This document shows positions 57,247-64,000 of a stretch of DNA of 64,000 nucleotides, piece by piece. The stretch covers positions 186,001-250,000 of IMG/VR virus record IMGVR_UViG_3300044712_000810; one strand, given 5' to 3'. The position numbers and the translations under genes are program-made. Numbering within the stretch: the first letter of the stretch is position 1; each line of letters opens with the position of its first letter. The notes below the pieces were generated by a model. That model had not been told where the DNA came from, did not search any database, and saw nothing but the letters and a program-made list of their open reading frames with translations.

Positions 57247-58216
57247 AGATTTGGCACCTTCTAGAGTGATCTAGATGTAAAAGTCTCTTAATTCGGTGAA
57301 ACTCCTACGAGATAACATCAAGAGGACAATACCGAGCCAAGCCTCTTTAGAGAGGAAGGTGTAACGACTATCCCGAAAGGGAGTACACGGTAACGCTAAC
57401 CGTGGAAACAGAGACTATCTCCCCCAATTGGAGTTTTATGGAAATAAAATATAATGAAATTGGAATTTCTAAAGAAATTTTAGAAAGATTTTGGTCGAAA
57501 GTTATATTCCCAACAAATTTAAATGATTGTTGGGAATGGAAAGGAAATGAAAGAAATAAAGATGGATATAAACGATTTACATATACTCCATCAAAATTGA
57601 ATAGAATTGAAGTGTCTGTACATAGATTTATATTTGAATTATATTATGGTAAAATAACTAATAATTTAGTTGTTTGCCACAACTGTGATAATCCGGGATG
57701 TTGTAATCCGACACATTTATTTCTCGGAACTGTTGCTGACAATATGAAAGATATGGTTAATAAAGATCGATCATGTTATGGTCAATATAACGGTAATAGT
57801 TCTTTAACTGAGGAAAATATTTCAGAAATTATTGAAAATATAATTTCTGGAGTTTACAAAAATAAACACCAAATAGCAGATGATTTTAATGTTGATGTTC
57901 ATTGTATTCAAGATATATTTCGTGAATATACATGGACTAAAATAACATCTACAATTCCAAACTTTAACATAGCAAAATCAATGTTAGATAGTAGAAAAAA
58001 ATTACCTGACGAATTAGTCAATCAAATAATAAATGATTTAAGATTGGGATTATCCCATAAACAAATTGCCACAAAATATAAAATAGCCAAAACAACAGTG
58101 TCAAATTATCGTCAAAAATATCTCGGGGGAGATAAAGATATAGTCTGATCTGCATAGTAATATGCAGCAGTGAGAAAATCACGGAAGAGGAGTAGCGATC
58201 CTCTTCGAACACCATG
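57247..58216 (+). mobile_element. Group I intron (IA-type) in the beta-prime gene
   Basis: P1 GTGCT/GGCAC with U-G at 5' splice site; P AATTCGGTGAAA, Q AATACCGAGCCAAG, R GTAACGACTA, S AAGATATAGTCT; P3 GTCTCT/AGAGAC; terminal G; splicing restores FSA-RSVI. Confidence 0.9.
57438..58148 (+). CDS. Intron-encoded HNH homing endonuclease
   Basis: RFWSKV..CWEWKG..GY..HR..VCHNCDNPGCCNPTHL..GT..DN; C-terminal HTH repeats; lies in P8 loop. Confidence 0.9.
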   Translation: MEIKYNEIGISKEILERFWSKVIFPTNLNDCWEWKGNERNKDGYKRFTYTPSKLNRIEVSVHRFIFELYYGKITNNLVVCHNCDNPGCCNPTHLFLGTVADNMKDMVNKDRSCYGQYNGNSSLTEENISEIIENIISGVYKNKHQIADDFNVDVHCIQDIFREYTWTKITSTIPNFNIAKSMLDSRKKLPDELVNQIINDLRLGLSHKQIATKYKIAKTTVSNYRQKYLGGDKDIV

Positions 58217-58480
58217 CGATCTGTTATTCGAGTTGATCCCAGTTTACCACCATATCAAATTGGTGTAAGTCGAAAGATTCTTCATAAGTTGTGGTATCCA
58301 TATTATAACTATTATATGACAACAATCAAAGGGATTGAGTACGAACAATTTTTTGAGAACTATACTGCTCGAGAAATGTATGATCAGCATACGTTTAATG
58401 AATTTTTAGTGTGGTTTATGCAATCTGATAATCCACAAGCGGAAGAAATGTTTCAAAAAGTGAAGGTAGTAACACCATAG
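58217..58480 (+). CDS. rpoC: RNA polymerase beta-prime N-terminal part, exon 2
   Basis: RSVIRVDPSL...QIGVS continues the conserved beta-prime sequence. Confidence 0.8.
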   Translation, partial: RSVIRVDPSLPPYQIGVSRKILHKLWYPYYNYYMTTIKGIEYEQFFENYTAREMYDQHTFNEFLVWFMQSDNPQAEEMFQKVKVVTP

Positions 58481-58490
58481 GAGAAACAAA

Positions 58491-58577
58491 ATGCTACTTA
58501 AACTCATACAAATAATTCCAACTTTTATATTTACAATAGTAGCAATCACTTTTGTAATCCTTTCATTTTCTAATTAA
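58491..58577 (+). CDS. 28-aa hydrophobic peptide (not in ORF track)
   Basis: AGGAG SD; MLLKLIQIIPTFIFTIVAITFVILSFSN. Confidence 0.45.
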   Translation: MLLKLIQIIPTFIFTIVAITFVILSFSN

Positions 58578-58586
58578 AGGAATGGC

Positions 58587-58886
58587 ATGAGAAATACTAT
58601 ACCAGTAAGATTCGTTTATGATAACAACGAAATTATTACATTTAGTTGTAATGGTATTAATTTAGCAGATAATTTAAATGGAAAATATGCAGATTTAATA
58701 TTAACCGATCGAAAATTAGTAAAATATAAACATGAGGATCATATATTTATTGATGGTATTATAAGTTATGATGACTGTATGTATATATTCGATGGATCAC
58801 TTAATAGATGTTCCGAAATTCTTAAAAAATATAATATATTCGATTTAGATTTATATAATTATCTTGAAAAAAGGTTTCCATCATGA
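58587..58886 (+). CDS. Hypothetical protein between the two beta-prime genes
   Basis: 99-aa ORF, ATGA overlap with catalytic fragment. Confidence 0.65.
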   Translation: MRNTIPVRFVYDNNEIITFSCNGINLADNLNGKYADLILTDRKLVKYKHEDHIFIDGIISYDDCMYIFDGSLNRCSEILKKYNIFDLDLYNYLEKRFPS

Positions 58887-60847
58887 GAAATAAAGAATTA
58901 AAAAGATTAGCATTCTGTAATAGACAACCAACTCTCTGGCGACATTCAATGCCAGCGATTGAAATTATTCCACTTGATAATGATGAAGATGAAACTATTT
59001 CATTGTCTCCACTTATGCTAGAGCCATTAAACGCGGACTTTGATGGAGATACTCTTGCAATATATTTACCTCACGACGAGGAATCACAAAAAGAGATAAA
59101 TGAAAAAGCGTTCATTAAAAATTATGTAACATACGATCAAGATGGAAGTTTTTTAGCCACTGTAAGACACGAAGCATTATATGCCTGTTTTATTCTGACT
59201 GAAGATCAAGAAAGTGATGATAATAATGTAATTCACATTAATACATTACAAGAACTACCAGAATCGTTTGATTATTATAATAATATTACGACTGGTGTGT
59301 ATATTAAAGATATTCACGCTACATGGCCTTATGGTTATGCACTTCTTAATAAATGGTGTGGATTTGACAAAATCCTAATCGATCAAAAAATCGTAAAAGG
59401 AATGTCAAACTATATCAGTTCAGTAATTTATGATTTTCATGGTAAAAACAGTGATGTATTTTATACACACTTAACAAATTTAAATAAAAATCTACTATTC
59501 TTTATTAGTAGCACAGTTCATGCACCAACCATCAATATTAAAGATATGATGGCAATCGTGGATGAAGATACACGTTCAAAATTCAAAAAAATACCATCGG
59601 GTCATGCACACCTTGGATATCATATAAACGAAGCACTTGTTGATAAATGTCTTGATAATTGTGATAAAACATCTCAGTTATATAAATTATTTAAATCAGG
59701 TTCACGTTTTAGTAAAACACAACTTGCACGTTCATGTATTAACATTGGTTATTGTGCCGATGACAGTAACAACGTAGTCGATATACCAATTCGTGGTAAC
59801 TTAATGGAAGGAATCACAGAAGATGACTTCTTTCTAGGTGCACCAGGTACACGTAAGGCAATTGCAGACAAATCGGATGCAACTCCTGACTCTGGTCACT
59901 TAGAACGTACACTCGTTATGGCATTAAGTCCTCTTGAGTGTATTGAAGATGATTGTAATACATCTGGATATCTTGAATTTGAAGTGCAAAGTAAAAAACA
60001 CGCCGAAACAATAGTAGGAAAATATTATCGTTTAGGAATTCATCAAGACTGGACAGTATTAGATGAGACTACAGCGATAAGTTTAGTTGGACAAACAATA
60101 CAAATGCGTTCACCAATGACTTGTGTTACTCCAAATTTTAGAATGTGTCGTAAATGTTTTGGTGACAGACAATATCCAACAAAATATTTAGGTATTTCGG
60201 CAGGACAAAACGTAACAGAAAGATTTACGCAATTAACAATGCGTACTTTCCATGAATCTGGTGCAGCAAGTCTTGAAGCTGACAAAGAGTCAGTTAATTT
60301 CTTAAAATATAATCTTGTTGACGTTCAAGAATTTGATGACATCATTAAAGTTACTGTCACAAATATTAATCAATGCCCAGATAAACTCAAAACAATGTCT
60401 GGATTCATTGGAATCGAAGAAGATAAAATCGTATATCAAAAACTTAAAAATCCAGTTGCAAACAAAGATACTATTAGTACTTTAAATGCAATTCGTGATT
60501 TATTAAAAACACAAAAGAAAAGCTTAAGTGAACCTAAGGAATACTACACTAAGATGATGAAACACATCCTTGAAGTTGGTAAACCTTATAGTTCATTTGT
60601 AGAAATGCTATTTGCAAACATGTTCATGACAGACATCAAAACTAAACAGTTTTGGCGTTATAATCAAGGTCAGAAAGTGGTTTGCAAATTAGGTGATAAA
60701 ACACTAGCAGCTAAATTAAGTCCGCTTCTCGGTTTACTGTTTACTCCAAACGCCAGGACAATCGATGACGTTGGCAAAATCGACGAAATCGATCTTGAAG
60801 AAGAACACTTAACTATATACGAACGTATATTCCTGGAGATGTTTTAA
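58883..60847 (+). CDS. rpoC: RNA polymerase beta-prime catalytic (C-terminal) part
   Basis: NRQPTL, NADFDGD, bridge helix GTRKAIADK..T..SG.L.R.LV, CRKCFG, trigger loop GQ...E..TQLTMRTFH. Confidence 0.92.
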   Translation: MRNKELKRLAFCNRQPTLWRHSMPAIEIIPLDNDEDETISLSPLMLEPLNADFDGDTLAIYLPHDEESQKEINEKAFIKNYVTYDQDGSFLATVRHEALYACFILTEDQESDDNNVIHINTLQELPESFDYYNNITTGVYIKDIHATWPYGYALLNKWCGFDKILIDQKIVKGMSNYISSVIYDFHGKNSDVFYTHLTNLNKNLLFFISSTVHAPTINIKDMMAIVDEDTRSKFKKIPSGHAHLGYHINEALVDKCLDNCDKTSQLYKLFKSGSRFSKTQLARSCINIGYCADDSNNVVDIPIRGNLMEGITEDDFFLGAPGTRKAIADKSDATPDSGHLERTLVMALSPLECIEDDCNTSGYLEFEVQSKKHAETIVGKYYRLGIHQDWTVLDETTAISLVGQTIQMRSPMTCVTPNFRMCRKCFGDRQYPTKYLGISAGQNVTERFTQLTMRTFHESGAASLEADKESVNFLKYNLVDVQEFDDIIKVTVTNINQCPDKLKTMSGFIGIEEDKIVYQKLKNPVANKDTISTLNAIRDLLKTQKKSLSEPKEYYTKMMKHILEVGKPYSSFVEMLFANMFMTDIKTKQFWRYNQGQKVVCKLGDKTLAAKLSPLLGLLFTPNARTIDDVGKIDEIDLEEEHLTIYERIFLEMF

Positions 60848-60848
60848 C

Positions 60849-61172
60849 ATGAACTACATCACTCACGACGACTGTGAACACAGAAAGTATCAGAAAGGAT
60901 GTAAGATTGCCAGTGGTGATCCATACTATCCTGCATCTGCATGGGGTGCATATCTTCCAGGTGATGAACCTGGTAACTATTGCGACTTTAATGAATGTAG
61001 TTGTGAGTGTTATACTCCGATTGAAATAGATTCATGCGGACGCATGGAAAAAACTGAAAAGGTTTGTCCAAAATGTCTTGAGGAAGAAATCGAATCAATA
61101 GTATATTTCGATAAAGATCTCGATGAGTACTATTGCCCGGAATGTGGTGAAATCCACAAAACTATAGGTTAG
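60849..61172 (+). CDS. Cys-rich zinc-ribbon protein
   Basis: CPKC...YYCPECG. Confidence 0.65.
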   Translation: MNYITHDDCEHRKYQKGCKIASGDPYYPASAWGAYLPGDEPGNYCDFNECSCECYTPIEIDSCGRMEKTEKVCPKCLEEEIESIVYFDKDLDEYYCPECGEIHKTIG

Positions 61173-61179
61173 GAGAATA

Positions 61180-61208
61180 GGGAGTCCATTCGGACTCCCA
61201 CTTTTATT
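61180..61208 (+). terminator. Rho-independent terminator
   Basis: GGGAGTCC-ATTC-GGACTCCC plus T-run. Confidence 0.65.
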
Positions 61209-61463
61209 ATGAAGCCAACAAAAGGTAACGCGATTAGAGGTTATAATTCTAATTCTATAATAATTGATGATGCAGGATTTAATGTTAGTGGTAATGTTCA
61301 CATGTGGGGCAGTACAATAATAAATAATCCACTATTACCACTTAAAGAAACAATAATTGAAGCAATTAAAAGTTGCACAGATACTTCTGAAATTAATGAT
61401 GTTTTATCTTCACTTGATGAAATACGAGAACTATTACTTAAACAAGGAATTAAAGAACTATGA
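61209..61463 (+). CDS. Small protein with shared C-terminal tag
   Basis: Ends IKSC.DT.EI..VL...LLLKQGIKEL; paralog of next gene. Confidence 0.65.
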   Translation: MKPTKGNAIRGYNSNSIIIDDAGFNVSGNVHMWGSTIINNPLLPLKETIIEAIKSCTDTSEINDVLSSLDEIRELLLKQGIKEL

Positions 61464-61753
61464 GTTGGTCCGCACAAGGTATACGAATTCTTCCACCTAA
61501 TTCATTTCCACAAAATGCCAATGAAGGCGATGTGTGTTATGATGATAATACTGGTGAAATGAAAATTTTTATATCTGGACACTGGTTACAATTTACTAGT
61601 AATAATCGAACAGAAATACGAAAAATAAAATTAATGCAACGATTATTAGAATGTATAAAAGATTGTGATGATACAAAGGAAATAGTTGAAGTTCTTGATA
61701 ACTTTGAATGGTTAAAAGAAGTTATAATTAAACAAGGAATTAAAGAATTATGA
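61460..61753 (+). CDS. Small protein with shared C-terminal tag
   Basis: Ends IKDC.DT.EI..VL...IIKQGIKEL. Confidence 0.7.
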   Translation: MSWSAQGIRILPPNSFPQNANEGDVCYDDNTGEMKIFISGHWLQFTSNNRTEIRKIKLMQRLLECIKDCDDTKEIVEVLDNFEWLKEVIIKQGIKEL

Positions 61754-61950
61754 TAAATGTAAATAAAAAGAAAGCAGTCGTGTTGTTAGGTACTTTACTT
61801 AACATGATGACAAAACATGAAGATAAAAAACTTAAAGTAACACAAATGTATGTCGAGCAAAAACTTGATGACATTATTGAGTGTTTAGTAAATGAAGCAG
61901 TCGAAAGAATCAATTTAAAATCACAAAACAGCCAAAATTCGAATAATTAA
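61750..61950 (+). CDS. Hypothetical protein
   Basis: ATGA overlap. Confidence 0.55.
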   Translation: MINVNKKKAVVLLGTLLNMMTKHEDKKLKVTQMYVEQKLDDIIECLVNEAVERINLKSQNSQNSNN

Positions 61951-61957
61951 AAAAATC

Positions 61958-61967
61958 ATATAGAAAT
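61958..61967 (+). promoter_or_regulatory. Putative phage promoter motif ATATAGAAAT
   Basis: Upstream of 62032 gene. Confidence 0.6.
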
Positions 61968-62031
61968 TATACTAGCACTGATATTTTTCTTGTAAACTTG
62001 TAATTTTTTATTAAACCTGTCGGAGGACAAA

Positions 62032-62448
62032 ATGGCTGAAATGATTTTTGACCCTGTTCTTGGTAAAGAAGCTGAATGCATTAAGAAAGGCACCAACTCC
62101 AAGGGCGATCAAGTTTGGATGAACAAAGAAACCAAAAAGCGTTTTTCCCAAACCCAGTCAGACGATGCAAAGAAGGCCGCAAAGCCTGGTAAGGCAAAGC
62201 CCAAAACCCAAACTCGTCCTACTACCGCCGCTGCTACTACTCCTGCAGCAAAGAAAGTTGTAAAGAGTCTTATTTACGTCAACAACCAATGTGTCAAAAC
62301 CATCGACGGCAAAGAAGTTAGTAAAGAACAAGCATTTGAACTTATCAAAGAAAACTTCCGCGAAGTCGCACTTCAGAATGCTGAAGTTACAATGAAGAAT
62401 GGTGAAACCAAGATTTATTTCACCATCATGACCGGAAACAAAGGTTAA
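62032..62448 (+). CDS. Protein with possible C-terminal ubiquitin-like domain (PRTRC protein C-like)
   Basis: K/A/P/T linker then ~60-aa domain ending IYFTIMTGNKG; GGAGG SD. Confidence 0.5.
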   Translation: MAEMIFDPVLGKEAECIKKGTNSKGDQVWMNKETKKRFSQTQSDDAKKAAKPGKAKPKTQTRPTTAAATTPAAKKVVKSLIYVNNQCVKTIDGKEVSKEQAFELIKENFREVALQNAEVTMKNGETKIYFTIMTGNKG

Positions 62449-62455
62449 TCTAATA

Positions 62456-62482
62456 GGGGGAGGGATTCCCTCCCCCACTTTT
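62456..62482 (+). terminator. Hairpin after Ubl-like gene
   Basis: GGGGGAGGG-ATT-CCCTCCCCC then ACTTTT. Confidence 0.55.
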
Positions 62483-62493
62483 GGAAGGATAAA

Positions 62494-63102
62494 ATGATAA
62501 GATCATACAAAAAAACGTTAACAATTACAGCGGATGAAATTCCAATTGAATGTTATCCTTCATTACAATTTAAATTAGATTCACCACGTGATGGTCATTC
62601 AGTTAAAATATATAATGAAACTTGGAGTTATTTAATGTCGATGAAAGTTGCAAAAGAATTTATAGAAAAATATAAAGATTCTATCAAATATGTCAACTTA
62701 CAACGACTTATTATTTTTATTAAAAATGAAATTGTTGGTGTACAAACTCAAATTCGACTGTCACCTTATGATTTTAAATATCCTAAAAAAACCATAACAA
62801 CAAGTTATGGTAGAGAATATGTTACAGATGATTATTCAAAAAATCCTCATAGAACTCGTGTTTTACCAATAAATGAAGAAATTGAAATATTATGGGATTA
62901 CTACCGCGTAACAAATAAAGTTGCAGAGTATGAAGAAATCGATTTTACCTTCAAAAATATATATTACTTCATTAAGTTTTTGAAAAAATATAAACAAGAA
63001 TTATTTGAAGCTATTATAATGGATAAAACACATTATCGTACTCTAGTTATTATGAAAACTCAAGAGGAACAAAATGCCAATAGAATTCTTACCAATATGT
63101 GA
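62494..63102 (+). CDS. Hypothetical protein
   Basis: AAGGA SD; 202 aa. Confidence 0.65.
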   Translation: MIRSYKKTLTITADEIPIECYPSLQFKLDSPRDGHSVKIYNETWSYLMSMKVAKEFIEKYKDSIKYVNLQRLIIFIKNEIVGVQTQIRLSPYDFKYPKKTITTSYGREYVTDDYSKNPHRTRVLPINEEIEILWDYYRVTNKVAEYEEIDFTFKNIYYFIKFLKKYKQELFEAIIMDKTHYRTLVIMKTQEEQNANRILTNM

Positions 63103-63427
63103 CGAACCTGTAAAAAATGATCATGATCATAGTTTTTATGGTCCATTAAAAAATCATGCTACTTGTAAAAATATACGAATAAATGATTATGAATTCCTTA
63201 CAAGAAATTCAGAAAATGTTAATATCACTCCTGAAAATGCATTAAAAAAACTTAATACCCATATTGAAAAAATGGAAACTAAGTTTTTGATGTTTTCACA
63301 GTTTGATATTAGTACAGATTATTGGTATCATTCTAGGCACTCTAAACAAAGAATTTATCTTGATCCACGGGACGGTGCATTTTGGAAAGAAAAACTAAAT
63401 TTGAAGTCAACTTTACTCAGTTTATAA
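63074..63427 (+). CDS. Hypothetical protein with shared C-terminal tag
   Basis: GAGG SD; ends NLKSTLLSL. Confidence 0.6.
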   Translation: MPIEFLPICDEPVKNDHDHSFYGPLKNHATCKNIRINDYEFLTRNSENVNITPENALKKLNTHIEKMETKFLMFSQFDISTDYWYHSRHSKQRIYLDPRDGAFWKEKLNLKSTLLSL

Positions 63428-64000
63428 ACAACGATAACAGTGAATATGAAACTATTTTATATTTTCCAAAAGATAATCCCAACACGATTATCATGGAACG
63501 TCCGGGAAGTAATACTTTTCGAAAAATAGATTCTCATCGTGCTGCGAATTTTATGAGACTTACAGAAATCAAAACCGATTGGATAAATATTCCAGGAAGT
63601 TTAGACTCTGTTTCTAAGTTTAAAATTCAAGGTGATATAATTAAATCGATTGTTCCTATCTTTGAAGATGATTATAAAGTATATAATACTACAATCAATT
63701 TTAGTTATATGTTAGAAACAAGTTCTAGAAATGATGTATATGATCCATTTCCATTGGCAGGATTTCATGATAAGAATTTCTCAATGACATGTTTTAAAGA
63801 TCCAAATGAAATGCGTAAAAATAGAATTAAGATTTCATGCAAACTTCCAGTATTCAAACCTTATGTTCGTTGCTCAAGTCAAAAGAGATCACCAATTATA
63901 ACAGTCGAAGACATGTTAATGAAAATTGGTGATAAATTCTATGGTTTCCCATACGGAAACGTTCATGCAAATGGACATATCTGTTATGGAGATGGAAAAC
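63382..64000 (+). CDS. Partial ORF with prokaryotic E2-like motif (runs off window)
   Basis: Frame open from TTG 63382 to window end; FYGFPYGNVHANGHICYG. Confidence 0.55.
   Translation, partial: MERKTKFEVNFTQFINNDNSEYETILYFPKDNPNTIIMERPGSNTFRKIDSHRAANFMRLTEIKTDWINIPGSLDSVSKFKIQGDIIKSIVPIFEDDYKVYNTTINFSYMLETSSRNDVYDPFPLAGFHDKNFSMTCFKDPNEMRKNRIKISCKLPVFKPYVRCSSQKRSPIITVEDMLMKIGDKFYGFPYGNVHANGHICYGDGK

Noticed and set aside
57247-57264. Stop at 57264 read as a pseudogene or natural end of beta-prime
   Set aside because: Explained by the group I intron.
58481-58882. Second intron or split intein between the beta-prime parts
   Set aside because: No group I core elements and no intein terminal motifs; the gap holds ordinary ORFs with SDs.
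60820-60847. Beta-prime C-terminus ERIFLEMF loosely matches the shared tag
   Set aside because: Single loose match ending in Phe; could be chance, so it was not counted.
1-64000. tRNA/rRNA genes, alternative genetic code and the many antisense ORFs in the track
   Set aside because: No cloverleaf or rRNA sequence recognised; genes are intact under the standard code with all three stops in use; antisense ORFs overlap better-supported genes.

Overview
AT-rich segment of a large (jumbo-type) bacteriophage genome. It contains: (i) tail-fibre/collar modules on the minus strand (2.1-5.1 kb, 6.9-11.3 kb, 26-28 kb, 40-41.7 kb); (ii) seven radical SAM genes, six of them clustered between tail genes (30-40 kb) beside a protein with a C-terminal (CHxx)n Cys-His repeat and a glycosyltransferase-like gene; (iii) long tandem arrays of small paralogous ORFs (0-1.6, 11.4-19.1, 19.7-22.3, 23.7-25.8, 43.8-48.8 kb), about 55 of which, across unrelated families, end in the same C-terminal pattern [K/R]-x-x-hydrophobic-x-x-hydrophobic-COOH; (iv) a phage RNA polymerase beta-prime subunit split into two genes, the first interrupted by a group I intron carrying an HNH endonuclease; (v) a recurring intergenic motif ATATAGAAAT that behaves like a phage promoter and also precedes three candidate structured small RNAs; (vi) at the right edge, a possible ubiquitin-like (..GNKG) plus E2-like gene pair. 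All calls come from reading motifs by eye; no database searches were run.
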